A stretch of DNA of 63,035 bases, filler included, from 5 parts of 5 records of this genome joined end to end with filler, not necessarily neighbours in it, one strand, 5' to 3'. Positions 47,234 through 57,261 are shown, counted from the first letter of the whole stretch. The notes: generated by a model from the letters alone, not told the origin. A program made the numbers and translations.

Positions 47234-47674
47234 TCAGGTCCGGCGCCAGACCATCCGCACATCAGGCGTTTTCTCTTCATTCCGGTGGCCATCCGTGAAT
47301 TCGACTTCCTCGAAGCGGAACCGCGCATAAAACGTGCGTGCCATGTTATTGCGCTGGAATGTCCAGAGCTGCAGGGTGCTGGAAGCTGCTTGGACCCGGC
47401 GCAGCAATTGCGAGCCGATACCGTCTCGCCAGGCATTTGGTGCCACATAAAGGTGATTCAGCCAGCCATCTGCATACGCGATGAATCCGGCCAAATGGCC
47501 CAGCTTGTCAGCGACAACTACGGTCTGGCTGGGTAAAACCTGATCGCGGAAGAATTCGAGGATTTCGTGTGGTGAATGGATGACGGGCAGCCAAGGCGTC
47601 GCTGCTGCACGCGAAGCCCTGTGAAGCCTTGCAATGGCCGGCGCATCCGAAACGGACGCTTGTCTGAACAGCAA
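47234..47674 (-). CDS. GNAT acetyltransferase
   Basis: HLYV...GIGSQLL, LWTFQRN..ARTFY, NEE..PD. Confidence 0.88.
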   Translation of the reverse strand: MLFRQASVSDAPAIARLHRASRAAATPWLPVIHSPHEILEFFRDQVLPSQTVVVADKLGHLAGFIAYADGWLNHLYVAPNAWRDGIGSQLLRRVQAASSTLQLWTFQRNNMARTFYARFRFEEVEFTDGHRNEEKTPDVRMVWRRT

Positions 47675-47796
47675 CGGATTTGCCTCGCCTGAACTGGCGA
47701 TGCTGTAGTCTCTTTTTGTGCCTCCTTGAGCCCCTAACTGGTCGAATACCTTGATTCCCGGCTCATCCGGCGCGATGTGCGCTGGACGAGAACGCC

Positions 47797-49074
47797 ATGA
47801 CGAACCCGAAAGCCCCCCCCAGCCCGACGCTGATTACGCTCGGATGCCGCCTCAACTCCTATGAGTCCGAGGTGATGCGCGGCCATGCGGCAGACGCAGG
47901 GCTGTCCGATGCGGTGATCGTCAACACCTGCGCGGTGACGGGGGAGGCGGTACGCTCGGCGCGCCAGGCCATCCGCCGCGCGGCGAAGGATCATCCGGGC
48001 GCGCCCATTCTGGTGACCGGTTGTGCGGCCCAGATCGACCCGGACATGTTCGCGAAGATGCCGGAAGTCACCTGCGTCATTGGCAACCATGAGAAGATGA
48101 AGGCCGAGACCTGGCGACCAGCGGACCTGCTGGGCGGGCACGAGAAAGTGCGTGTCAATGACATCATGTCGGTCAAGGAAACCGCCGCCCATCTGATCGA
48201 CGGCATGGACGGCCGCGCGCGAGCCTATGTTCAGGTCCAGAATGGCTGTGACCACCGCTGCACGTTCTGCATCATCCCTTACGGACGCGGCAATTCCCGC
48301 TCCGTCCCGGCGGGCGAAGTGGTGGAACAGGTGCGCCGCCTTGTGGAGACCGGGCATTATGAGGTCGTGCTGACCGGCGTGGACCTGACCAGCTGGGGCG
48401 CAGACCTTCCGGGCACGCCGCAGCTCGGCAATCTCGTCCAACGCATTCTGAAACTGGTGCCGCAGCTGAAACAGCTGCGCATTTCCTCCATCGACGCCAT
48501 TGAGATTGATGGCGCCCTGTTTGAGGCGATGGGCGAGCCGCGCCTTGCGCCCTTCATGCACCTCTCGCTGCAGCATGGGGACAATCTCATCCTGAAGCGG
48601 ATGAAGCGCCGCCATTCGCGCGATGATGCGATTGCGCTGGCCGACCGGCTGCGTTCCTTGCGTCCGGATATCGCACTCGGCGCGGACATCATTGCTGGAT
48701 TTCCAACGGAGACAGAGCTCCATTTCGAGAACTCAGTCCGCCTTGTGGATGATTGCGGGCTCGCCTTCCTGCACGTCTTTCCCTACAGCCCGCGCCCCGG
48801 CACGCCCGCCGCCCGGATGCCGCAGCTGGAGAAGGCCGTGATCAAGGAACGCGCGGCGCGCTTGCGGGAAACGGGCGAAAATGCCCTCAAAACCCACTTT
48901 TCGCGCCATATTGGGGAAAAGCGGGAAGTCCTGGTCGAGCGTGGGACCGCGGCCCGCTTGCCGGACTTCACCCCGGTAAAACTGTCGCGCGACCCCGGCC
49001 AAGCTGGACGGCCCGTGCGGGCCCATATAACCGGGCATGACGGCAGGCAGCTGATCGGAGAAATAGACGCATGA
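47797..49074 (+). CDS. mtaB: tRNA t6A37 methylthiotransferase
   Basis: TLGCRLN, NTCAVT, TGCAAQ, CDHRCTFC radical-SAM motif. Confidence 0.95.
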   Translation: MTNPKAPPSPTLITLGCRLNSYESEVMRGHAADAGLSDAVIVNTCAVTGEAVRSARQAIRRAAKDHPGAPILVTGCAAQIDPDMFAKMPEVTCVIGNHEKMKAETWRPADLLGGHEKVRVNDIMSVKETAAHLIDGMDGRARAYVQVQNGCDHRCTFCIIPYGRGNSRSVPAGEVVEQVRRLVETGHYEVVLTGVDLTSWGADLPGTPQLGNLVQRILKLVPQLKQLRISSIDAIEIDGALFEAMGEPRLAPFMHLSLQHGDNLILKRMKRRHSRDDAIALADRLRSLRPDIALGADIIAGFPTETELHFENSVRLVDDCGLAFLHVFPYSPRPGTPAARMPQLEKAVIKERAARLRETGENALKTHFSRHIGEKREVLVERGTAARLPDFTPVKLSRDPGQAGRPVRAHITGHDGRQLIGEIDA

Positions 49075-50465
49075 TCCTCTGGTTCGGGAAGAAAAAGAAA
49101 AAAGAGGAGATGCAGGCGGCCGGTGCAGAGATGGCGTCGCCGGAGCTGTCAGCGGAAGAGATCGCCGCGAAAGAGGCCTCGGAAGCCGAGGCGGCCAAGA
49201 CGGCTGCCGAAAAGGAAGAAATCGAGCGCATCGTTGCCGAGGCCAACAAAGCCTGGGAAGAGCGTCAGGCCCGCGAAGCCGCTGAGGCCGCTGCCGAAGC
49301 GAAGCGTCTGGAAGAAGAAGCCCGCCGGGCAGAGGAGGCTGCGGCTGCGGCAGATGCCGAAGAAGCCGCCCGTCTGGCTGAAGAGGTCGAGAAAGCCCGC
49401 AAGGCGCGGGAAGAACGCGCCGCGCAGCAGGCCAAGGCCGAAGCCGAACTCAAACTGCTGGCCGACCGGCGCGAGGCCGAACGCCTTCGCGCCGAAGCCG
49501 AGGCCGCCGCCCGCGCGGCCATGGAGGCGGAGGCCAACAATCCGGGCTTCGTTGCCAAACTGGGGCAGGGCCTGTCGCGCTCCTCCTCTCGCCTGACGGA
49601 AGGCCTCGCGGCCCTCGGACGCCGCAAGCTCGACGATGATACAATCGAGGAACTCGAAGACCTTCTGATCACGTCGGACCTTGGCTCGAAAGTTGCGGCC
49701 CGCGTGACGAAAAACCTCTCAAAAGAGCGGTTTGACCGCGAAATCAGCCCCGAAGAGATCAAACTCGCGCTCGCCAGCGAGATTTCGGACGTGCTGAAGC
49801 CGCGTGAAAAGATTGTCGATTTCTCCGAAGGCTCCAGCCCGCGCATCGTGCTGTTCGTGGGCGTCAACGGCTCCGGCAAGACGACGACGATTGGCAAGAT
49901 TGCGTCGAAACTGAAAGATCAGGGGGCCAAAGCCCTGCTGGTGGCGGGCGACACGTTCCGCGCCGCGGCGATCGAACAGCTGACCGTCTGGGGCGACCGG
50001 GCCGGGATCCCGGTCATGTCAAAGCCGACCGGCGCCGATGCGGCGGGCCTTGTCTATGAGGCCATCGAAAAGGCGAAGGCGGACGATCTGGATCTCGTCC
50101 TGATCGACACGGCCGGGCGTCTGCAGAACAAGACCGAGCTTATGTCGGAGCTTGAGAAGGTCGTCCGTGTCATCAAGAAGCTGGACCCGACGGCGCCGCA
50201 CGACGTGATCCTCGTCCTCGACGCAACGGTCGGCCAGAATGCGCTGAGCCAGGTCGAGGCCTTCCGCAATACGGCCGGCGTGACGGGGCTCGTGATGACG
50301 AAGCTCGACGGAACGGCGAAAGGCGGCGTTCTGGTTGCGATCGCCGAGGCGTATGACCTGCCGATCCACTTCATCGGCATCGGCGAAAAGGCAGAAGACC
50401 TCCGCCCGTTCAGTGCGGAGGCCTTCTCGAAAGCCCTGGTGGGCGTCGGCGCCGAGGCGATTTAG
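49071..50465 (+). CDS. ftsY: SRP receptor with Ala/Glu-rich N-terminal extension
   Basis: GVNGSGKTTT, DTFRAAA, DTAGR, TKLDGTAKGG. Confidence 0.97.
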   Translation: MILWFGKKKKKEEMQAAGAEMASPELSAEEIAAKEASEAEAAKTAAEKEEIERIVAEANKAWEERQAREAAEAAAEAKRLEEEARRAEEAAAAADAEEAARLAEEVEKARKAREERAAQQAKAEAELKLLADRREAERLRAEAEAAARAAMEAEANNPGFVAKLGQGLSRSSSRLTEGLAALGRRKLDDDTIEELEDLLITSDLGSKVAARVTKNLSKERFDREISPEEIKLALASEISDVLKPREKIVDFSEGSSPRIVLFVGVNGSGKTTTIGKIASKLKDQGAKALLVAGDTFRAAAIEQLTVWGDRAGIPVMSKPTGADAAGLVYEAIEKAKADDLDLVLIDTAGRLQNKTELMSELEKVVRVIKKLDPTAPHDVILVLDATVGQNALSQVEAFRNTAGVTGLVMTKLDGTAKGGVLVAIAEAYDLPIHFIGIGEKAEDLRPFSAEAFSKALVGVGAEAI

Positions 50466-50677
50466 TCGGCTGCTTCGGCGGATTCAGCCTCATCATCGAA
50501 GATTTCCTCGATACTGCGCCCGAACAGGCGGGCGATGGCGAAAGCCAGCGGCAGGGACGGGTCGTACTTCCCGGTTTCGATGGCGTTCACGGATTGGCGG
50601 GATACGTCGAGCCGGTCGGCCAGCTCGGCCTGGCTCCATCCCTTTTCCGTACGCAGGATGCGGAGAGTGTTCTTCAT
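50462..50677 (-). CDS. XRE/Cro-type HTH regulator (71 aa)
   Basis: MKNTLR...WSQAELA...VSRQSVNAIETGKYDPSLPLAF. Confidence 0.93.
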   Translation of the reverse strand: MKNTLRILRTEKGWSQAELADRLDVSRQSVNAIETGKYDPSLPLAFAIARLFGRSIEEIFDDEAESAEAAD

Positions 50678-50684
50678 CTGCGGA

Positions 50685-51092
50685 TCAGACCGTCCGGCTG
50701 ATGCGGTGAACCAAGCTCGAAAGCCCGAATGCAAAGAAGAACAGCGCCCCGAACCAGAAGGTGTCGATGGGTCCGACAACATCGAAAATCTGGAGAAATC
50801 CAATCAGGAAAGTGACGCCCGCCGTGATCAGGCCACCATCGCGCAGGGCCATCAGCTGTCGCATTCGGGTGTATTCGTCGGTCTCGTCACTTTGCCGGCG
50901 GATCGCGTAGAGCGTACCGATGATCGGCAGGGTCACCCCAACGGCGCCGACGGCATTGAGCCAGGCGGGCGCGGAGTTTTCGTCGATGAAAAACTTCGCG
51001 CCCAGAATAAGCGCCACATATAGCGCCATCATAGGCCAGAAGAGAAATCTGTAGCGCCTGTTCGCCGTGCGGAAACCACGTGTCTGGGCCAT
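50685..51092 (-). CDS. Four-TM membrane protein co-transcribed with the XRE regulator
   Basis: Four hydrophobic helices with central DE; AAGGAG RBS. Confidence 0.82.
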   Translation of the reverse strand: MAQTRGFRTANRRYRFLFWPMMALYVALILGAKFFIDENSAPAWLNAVGAVGVTLPIIGTLYAIRRQSDETDEYTRMRQLMALRDGGLITAGVTFLIGFLQIFDVVGPIDTFWFGALFFFAFGLSSLVHRISRTV

Positions 51093-51106
51093 AAGCCAGC
51101 TCCTTT

Positions 51107-51164
51107 TGTCAAGTTACCCAGACAAAATGACAAGCAAGCTTTACTTTGTCAAGCGACCTTTACA
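51107..51164 (-). promoter_or_regulatory. Sigma70 promoter (TTGACA-N17-CATTTT) covered by three 18-bp imperfect palindromes
   Basis: Boxes at 51107-51124, 51128-51145 and 51147-51164, consensus TGTCAAG-N4-CTTTACA. Confidence 0.8.
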
Positions 51165-51170
51165 GGGCGG

Positions 51171-52910
51171 CTATTCCGCCGCGATGGCAGCGGCCTGAAG
51201 GCTCTGCGCGCCGCGCACCATCCGGCCAGGCTTCGCGCCGGTCGGGTCGCCATCCCGGTGCGTGATCTCGCCCTTGAGGATCGTTGCGGTGTAGCCGGAC
51301 GCGCGCTGCATCAGGCGGCGTCCGCCGGCAGGCAGGTCATACTGCACTTCCGGCAGGTGGAGCTTCAGGTTGGCGAGGTCGATCACGTTTAGATCCGCCC
51401 GGTAACCGGGTGCGATCACACCGCGGTCGTGCAGTCCCATCCATTGGGCGGTGTCCTGCGTCTGGCGTTTCACGAGGTATTCGATTGGCAGTTTCGGGCC
51501 GCGCTGGCGGTCCCGCGCCCAATGGGTCAGCATCGTCGTCGTAAACGAGCCGTCGCAGATCATGCCGACATGCGCGCCGCCATCGGAGAGGCCGGGCAGG
51601 GTGGCGCGGCTCTCCATCATGGCGCGGATCGGTTCGAGTGATCCTTGCGAGTAATTTAGGAAAGGCAAGTAGAGCACGCCGTGCCCGTCGCGCTCCAGCA
51701 TAAGGTCGAGCGCTATTTCCTCCGGGCTGATCCCGCGTTCCCTGGCCATGTATTCCAGCGTGCTTTCGGGGCCGGGCTCGTAATTCACGGGGTCCCGCAG
51801 CTGGAACATCTTGCCGAAGCTGCGCAGCATGACTTTCAGGAACGGATTGTCCGATGCCGGTTCCTCCGACAGCAGCTTTTCCCGGAAGGCCGGGTCGCGC
51901 AGGGCGGCGACACGTTCGGCCAGCGGCTGTTTGGCAATCGCCGCATAGGACGGATGCGCGCTGAACGGGTTCATCGTCAGTTCAAGACCGAGCAGCACGC
52001 CCACCGGGCGCGGCGCTACCTGGGCCCGCATCGGCAGACCTTCATTCATCGCGGTCTCGATCGCACCCAGCAGGGCGCGCCAGCCTTCCGGCGCCACATC
52101 GGCCTGCGCCAGCGAAACAGATAGTGGCCGGCCGGAGGCCTCGACGATCCGGCGCAGCATGGCGGCCTCTTTCTGCGGATCGTTGAAGTCCGACACGAAC
52201 TGCAGCACGCCGCGGTTCGCCTCCTTCAGGCCCTCGGCAATGCCGACCAGTTCGGTCTCGCTGGCCGTCAGCGTTGGCGTCGGCTGGCCGTCGGACGTGC
52301 GGTGGTTCAGCGTCCGCGACGTGGAAAAGCCGAGCGCGCCGGCCATGACGGCCTCTTTCGCGAGCTGTTTCATGGCGGCGATGTCTTCAGCGCTTGCCGC
52401 TTCGCGGTTCGCGCCGCGCTCGCCCATCACAAAGACGCGCAGGGCGGCGTGCGGCAGCTGGGCGCCGATGTCGGTGTCGAACTGGCGCGAAGAAAGAAAG
52501 TCCAGATAGTCCGGGAAACTCTCCCAGCTCCACGGCAGGCCTTCGGAGAGCACGGGGAAGGGGATGTCCTCCACCCCCTCCATCAGGCGGATCAGACGGT
52601 CATGGTCTTCCGGGCGGCAGGGTGCAAAGCCGACGCCGCAATTGCCCATGATCACCGTGGTGCAGCCATGCAGGGAAGACGGGCTGATCGCCTCGCCCCA
52701 GGTCGCCTGGCCGTCATAATGGGTGTGAATGTCGACAAAGCCGGGCGTCACGACCTGTCCGCGCGCATCGATCTCCTCGATGCCTTTGCCGGAAACCTTG
52801 CCGATTGCGGAAATGTGACCGCCGGAGACTGCCACGTCGCCTTCGAACGGTTCGGCTCCCGTACCGTCCACGATTGTCCCGCCGCGGATAATCAGGTCAT
52901 GCGTCGCCAT
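51171..52910 (-). CDS. N-acyl-D-amino-acid deacylase family amidohydrolase
   Basis: [35 protein letters not shown] before MATHD. Confidence 0.92.
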   Translation of the reverse strand: MATHDLIIRGGTIVDGTGAEPFEGDVAVSGGHISAIGKVSGKGIEEIDARGQVVTPGFVDIHTHYDGQATWGEAISPSSLHGCTTVIMGNCGVGFAPCRPEDHDRLIRLMEGVEDIPFPVLSEGLPWSWESFPDYLDFLSSRQFDTDIGAQLPHAALRVFVMGERGANREAASAEDIAAMKQLAKEAVMAGALGFSTSRTLNHRTSDGQPTPTLTASETELVGIAEGLKEANRGVLQFVSDFNDPQKEAAMLRRIVEASGRPLSVSLAQADVAPEGWRALLGAIETAMNEGLPMRAQVAPRPVGVLLGLELTMNPFSAHPSYAAIAKQPLAERVAALRDPAFREKLLSEEPASDNPFLKVMLRSFGKMFQLRDPVNYEPGPESTLEYMARERGISPEEIALDLMLERDGHGVLYLPFLNYSQGSLEPIRAMMESRATLPGLSDGGAHVGMICDGSFTTTMLTHWARDRQRGPKLPIEYLVKRQTQDTAQWMGLHDRGVIAPGYRADLNVIDLANLKLHLPEVQYDLPAGGRRLMQRASGYTATILKGEITHRDGDPTGAKPGRMVRGAQSLQAAAIAAE

Positions 52911-53044
52911 GGTTTTCTCCCTTGTCTTTCCCGGCAGGATGCCAGAGCTGACGTCCCCGAGAAAGCCTGACCACACGTCAGCAGTTTAAAGGGTTCGGAA
53001 ACTCAGGCATGAGACGGGCCGTCTTGCCGCCTCCCGGGAACCCC

Positions 53045-53911
53045 ATGACTGCCTCTGAAATTCTCCCCATCAGTCTTTGTCTCCTTTCGGCGATTTCCCT
53101 GGCGACGACCAATGTTCTGGTAAAAGGGGGCGGGGACATTCTGACGGGCCGGATGATTGTTCAGGTTACGGCAGCCCTGATTGTTCTGCCGTTCGCGTTC
53201 TTCTTCCCGCTGCCGCCTTTGAGCACCTTGCCGCTTCTGGCGATCTCCATGGTGTCTCACTGGTTTTACCAGGGGTGCCTGATCCGGGCGATGCACCGGG
53301 GCGACCTGTCGCTGGTCTACCCGGTGATGCGCGGGCTGGGGCCGCTGGCAACGGCGGTTTTTGCGACATTCCTGCTGCAGGAACACCTCGCTCCGATGCA
53401 GCAGGTCGGCCTGTTCTGCGCGTCCTTTGCCATCCTCTTCTTTGCCCTGCCGACGGCAGCGACCCGTGAAGGGCGGAGCCTCGACCGGCGGGCCCTGTTC
53501 TGGGCGGTGCTGACCGCAGTCGGGATCGGGCTTTATGCCGTGAGCGACACACGCGCCGCTCGGGCGATGCCGCATCCGATGACATTCGTGATCATCCTGT
53601 TCCTTTTCGACTGGGTCGGCGTGACGGCGGTCTTCCTGTGGCAACGGCGCGGAAGGTACATGAAAACGATCCGCCCGCAGTTCCGTTCCGGCGTCATCGG
53701 CGGGATTGTCGGATGCCTGTCCTACGGCATGGCGATTTTTGCCTATACAATGACGGATGCAGCCATGGTGACGGCCTTGCGGGAAACCTCCGTCGTCTTC
53801 GCGGCGGTGATGGCCGCCTTTTTCCTGAAAGAGAGTTTCGGTGCCCGGCGCATCGTTGCCGCCTCCGTTCTGGCCACTGGGCTCGTCCTGATGCAGACCG
53901 GTGCAGCGTGA
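53045..53911 (+). CDS. DMT/EamA-family transporter
   Basis: GDLSLVYPVMRG, ALRETSV, about 10 TM segments. Confidence 0.9.
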   Translation: MTASEILPISLCLLSAISLATTNVLVKGGGDILTGRMIVQVTAALIVLPFAFFFPLPPLSTLPLLAISMVSHWFYQGCLIRAMHRGDLSLVYPVMRGLGPLATAVFATFLLQEHLAPMQQVGLFCASFAILFFALPTAATREGRSLDRRALFWAVLTAVGIGLYAVSDTRAARAMPHPMTFVIILFLFDWVGVTAVFLWQRRGRYMKTIRPQFRSGVIGGIVGCLSYGMAIFAYTMTDAAMVTALRETSVVFAAVMAAFFLKESFGARRIVAASVLATGLVLMQTGAA

Positions 53912-53986
53912 GACTCGCCGTATGCGACATTTCGTGCGACAGCGGCTTTAACAAAACCGCAAGCACGCTTGGTGCGTAGGAAGTTC

Positions 53987-54646
53987 ATGACCGAGTTCGA
54001 ACCGAAGACCGCGACCAATCCGGAAACCACTGGCGAGCAGGCGAACGTCAAGGATGCCGCCGCGCGTGCCGGGGGTATCTGGACAGAGCTCGGCCCGACG
54101 CTGGCCTTTATTGTCATCTACAATGTCATGCTGCGCTTTCCGGAAGAGGGGCTGTTTTCGAAGGAAAACGCGCTCTTTTGGGCCACGGGCGTGCTCATTG
54201 TGGCCACGGCCGCGGTGATCATCATGAAGGTGATCCGTAAACAGAGAATCCCGCCATTCCTGCTCGTTTCATCAAGCCTAATCGGTGTTTTCGGCGTTCT
54301 GGGCATCGCGTTTCATTCAAAGCTCCTGCTTTTCCTGAAGCCCACAATTATCAATCTGATGTTTGCGGGCGCCATTTTCGGCGGTCTCGCCGTGGGCCGC
54401 AATATCTGGAAAATGCTGTTCAACGAACTTTTTCACCTGCCGGACTATGCCTGGCGTGTGCTGGCGATCCGCTGGGGCCTATATTTTATCGCAATGGCGA
54501 TATGGAACATCGTGGTCTGGCAGGCCTTCGGTGAGGCTGCCTGGGCGAACTGGAAGATGGGCAACATCGTCATCGGCTTCGTCTTCGCCCTCGCGAACAC
54601 GCCCTATACTCTGAAGCATATGAAAACCCAGCCGGTTGAGCGCTGA
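53987..54646 (+). CDS. ispZ: Inner-membrane protein YciB/IspZ
   Basis: ELGP, KPTII, W...RW..YF, WANWK. Confidence 0.88.
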   Translation: MTEFEPKTATNPETTGEQANVKDAAARAGGIWTELGPTLAFIVIYNVMLRFPEEGLFSKENALFWATGVLIVATAAVIIMKVIRKQRIPPFLLVSSSLIGVFGVLGIAFHSKLLLFLKPTIINLMFAGAIFGGLAVGRNIWKMLFNELFHLPDYAWRVLAIRWGLYFIAMAIWNIVVWQAFGEAAWANWKMGNIVIGFVFALANTPYTLKHMKTQPVER

Positions 54647-54651
54647 CTCGC

Positions 54652-55203
54652 CTAATGGGTGAGCCTTTCAGTTCCCGGAGGGTTGGCGAACGGCGGGAAA
54701 GCGGGCAGGTGCCGGGTTTCGGCATAATGCGTCAGCGCCCAGATCACGGTCGGAAAGGCGAGTTCTGACCAGGGGATGTCCTTCCAGTCGAACAAACCGA
54801 CTTCCTCGCTCTCCGGACCTGCGGAAATGTCAGACACGAGTTCCGCCCGGAACATGACCTGAACCTGCGCAATTCGGGGAACAGAGTAAACGGCGAGTAA
54901 CTGCTGGATCCGGATGTCCGCGCACGCTTCTTCCTGCGCCTCCCTCCGTGCACCTTCCTCGACCGTTTCGCCTTCTTCCATGAACCCGGCCGGGAGAGTC
55001 CAGTAACCTTTTCGGGGCTCGATTGCGCGCCGGCAGAGCAAAATCTTCCCGTTTTTGGTCACAACGGACCCCGCAACGATTTTCGGGTTCACATAGTCGA
55101 TAAATCGGCAATGGGCGCAAACCCGGCGCAATTTATCGTCTCCTTCGGGCGTTTCCATGTGAAAAAGGGGCGAAATGAAAGGATTCGATAATTGATCCGT
55201 CAT
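54652..55203 (-). CDS. NUDIX hydrolase with N-terminal zinc-ribbon-like segment
   Basis: CAHC, YVNPK, GFMEEGETVEEGARREAQEE. Confidence 0.92.
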   Translation of the reverse strand: MTDQLSNPFISPLFHMETPEGDDKLRRVCAHCRFIDYVNPKIVAGSVVTKNGKILLCRRAIEPRKGYWTLPAGFMEEGETVEEGARREAQEEACADIRIQQLLAVYSVPRIAQVQVMFRAELVSDISAGPESEEVGLFDWKDIPWSELAFPTVIWALTHYAETRHLPAFPPFANPPGTERLTH

Positions 55204-55327
55204 CTGTTGTTATCCAATCGCGTTCTAAGAGAGGGGTATTGATCCGCACACGGGCCTCTGCTTTAGGGGGCTTGTGGGTGGGTCGGCCGCCGAACTAGTT
55301 AAGTCATCCCTCGAAAGGTAAACCAAT

Positions 55328-56053
55328 ATGTCATTCAATCTCAACGCTTCGCCCAGCCATCTGCTGCATCGTGCTCAGCAGGCTGCTGCAAACCACAGCG
55401 CCAAAGCGCTCCGCTCCGCCGGCATCACGCTGCGCCAGTTCTCGCTGCTCGCAGCCCTGGACGGCAATGAAGGCGCCAGCCAGTCCGATCTCGTCAATGC
55501 CACCGGCATCGACCGTTCGACCCTGGCCGATATGGTCGCCCGTATGGAAACCGGTGGCCTGATCAAGCGCGCCGCTTCGAAAACCGACGCCCGCGCCAAA
55601 TCCGTCTCCCTGACGGCAAAAGGCAAAAAAGCCCTCGATAAGGCCCTTCCGGCTGTTCAGGCTGCTGACGCTGCCCTGTTCTCCGGCCTCGCCAAAGTGA
55701 AGCAGGACGCCCTGATGTCCGGCCTCGTCGGCCTGACCGAAGAAGAAGCCAAGCCAGCTCCGGCACCGAAAGCTGCTCCGAAGGCCGCTGCACCGAAAAA
55801 AGCCCCGGCGAAGAAGGCTCCTGCCAAGAAAGCTCCGGCTGCCAAGAAGGCCCCGGCCAAGAAGCCGGCTGCCAAGAAAGCCGCTGCGCCGAAGAAAGCA
55901 GCTGCTGCAAAGCCGGCCGCCAAGAAGGCCGCTCCGAAAAAAGCCGCTCCTAAAAAGGCAGCCCCGAAGAAAGCCGCTGCTGCTGCAAAGGCACCGGCCG
56001 TGAAAAAAGCACCGGCCAAGAAGCCGGCCGCTCGTAAAGCCAAGAAGAAGTAA
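55328..56053 (+). CDS. MarR-family protein fused to a histone-H1-like Lys/Ala/Pro tail
   Basis: HLLHRAQQ, SQSDLV..TGIDRSTL, DARAK.V.LT, then about 100 aa of PAKK/AAKK repeats. Confidence 0.92.
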   Translation: MSFNLNASPSHLLHRAQQAAANHSAKALRSAGITLRQFSLLAALDGNEGASQSDLVNATGIDRSTLADMVARMETGGLIKRAASKTDARAKSVSLTAKGKKALDKALPAVQAADAALFSGLAKVKQDALMSGLVGLTEEEAKPAPAPKAAPKAAAPKKAPAKKAPAKKAPAAKKAPAKKPAAKKAAAPKKAAAAKPAAKKAAPKKAAPKKAAPKKAAAAAKAPAVKKAPAKKPAARKAKKK

Positions 56054-56068
56054 TCTGGCTTAAAGGGG

Positions 56069-56590
56069 TCAGGGGCGGGGCGCGCTGAGCGCCTCGCCCA
56101 CCCGTTTTACCGAGTCAGCGTCAAGCGGCCCGGAAATGTGCTCCAGAATCTCGCCATCGGCTGAGATCACAAAGGTTTCCGGCACACCTGTCAGGCCGAA
56201 GTCCAGTCCGCCCTGACCATCCGGATCCATCACGATATCGGCGTACGGATTGCCAAGCTCCTCAAGAAACTTGCGTCCATTGGCCGGTGTATCCTTGTAC
56301 AACACCCCATAAACCTGCCCCGGATGGGCCTCGGCCAGCGCCGTCAGGCGCGGATGTTCCGCCTCGCACGGGGCGCACCAGCTGGCGAACAGGTTCACCG
56401 CGATTGTTTCCCCGGTGGGTGTGGGCGCAAAACTCAGCGTACCGCCCTCAAGCCGCTCGAAGCTGCGGTCCGGCGCAGTGCGGGAGATACGTTCGAAGTC
56501 GCCTTTCTCCGGATGGGTGAGTTCCCAGCCCGCAAGGCCCGCAAAAAGGACAAGTGCCGTGACCGGAATGGCGGCAAGCCAGCGTTTCAT
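56069..56590 (-). CDS. ccmG: Cytochrome c maturation thiol:disulfide oxidoreductase (DsbE)
   Basis: FASWCAPC..EHP, GVPETF. Confidence 0.92.
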   Translation of the reverse strand: MKRWLAAIPVTALVLFAGLAGWELTHPEKGDFERISRTAPDRSFERLEGGTLSFAPTPTGETIAVNLFASWCAPCEAEHPRLTALAEAHPGQVYGVLYKDTPANGRKFLEELGNPYADIVMDPDGQGGLDFGLTGVPETFVISADGEILEHISGPLDADSVKRVGEALSAPRP

Positions 56591-56751
56591 GCTGCGTCAT
56601 CTCCGCGCAGGCGCGCTTCGGCCCGCTGCATTTTTGCCTGCGAGGCTTTCGCCCGTAGGGTGACGATCAGGATGGTCAGGCCCAGGCTGATCGCCCCGAT
56701 GCCGTAGCAGGCCCAGATGAAGACGGCATTCTTGTCGAAATCCGGCAGCAT
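56587..56751 (-). CDS. ccmD: Heme exporter protein D
   Basis: MLPDFDKNAVFIWACYG plus one TM and basic tail, between ccmC and ccmG; not in the ORF track. Confidence 0.82.
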   Translation of the reverse strand: MLPDFDKNAVFIWACYGIGAISLGLTILIVTLRAKASQAKMQRAEARLRGDDAA

Positions 56752-56757
56752 GATCCC

Positions 56758-57156
56758 TCAGCCCTCCGCCATCAGTTTCGCATTGGCCTGCGCTGTGCGC
56801 CGGTCCCAGATCTCGGCGCGCATCAGCGTCTGCGTCAGGCCTGCGAAGAGCAGCGTGTGGCCAAGGCCGCTCGCCAGCAGGGGCCAGAGATAGACTGCGG
56901 CCATTTTCGGTCCGTCTGCGGTGAGAACACTCGAATCCTGGTGCAGCGAGGTGAAGAGGTCCACGGAGAATTTGATCAGAGGCACATTGATTGCCCCCAC
57001 CATGGCGAGAATGGCGCCGGCACGGGCGGCTTTCTGGCGCGTGTCCATGGAGGCGCGCAGCGCCATGTAGCCGAGGAACAGGAAGAACATGAAGAGGACC
57101 GACATCATCCGTGCATCGTCCCATTGCCACCAGGTGCCCCAGGTCGGCTTGCCCCA
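56758..57156 (-). CDS. ccmC: Heme exporter protein C, 3' part
   Basis: WGKPTWGTWWQWDDAR tryptophan-rich motif, SLHQ. Confidence 0.95.
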   Translation of the reverse strand, partial: WGKPTWGTWWQWDDARMMSVLFMFFLFLGYMALRASMDTRQKAARAGAILAMVGAINVPLIKFSVDLFTSLHQDSSVLTADGPKMAAVYLWPLLASGLGHTLLFAGLTQTLMRAEIWDRRTAQANAKLMAEG

Positions 57157-57256
57157 NNNNNNNNNNNNNNNNNNNNNNNNNNNNNNNNNNNNNNNNNNNN
57201 TTAATTAATTAANNNNNNNNNNNNNNNNNNNNNNNNNNNNNNNNNNNNNNNNNNNN
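57157..57256. other. Artificial contig spacer
   Basis: N runs flanking TTAATTAATTAA. Confidence 0.99.
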
Positions 57257-57261
57257 TTACG

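Noticed and set aside
49071-49560. Long Ala/Glu/Lys coiled-coil N-terminus of FtsY
   Set aside because: Variable acidic N-terminal extensions are a known FtsY feature
7910-57256. Four identical TTAATTAATTAA motifs within N runs, and ORFs running into them (15027-16589, 16586-18610, 28005-28589, 56857-57204)
   Set aside because: Artificial contig linkers; no cross-contig gene linkage can be inferred
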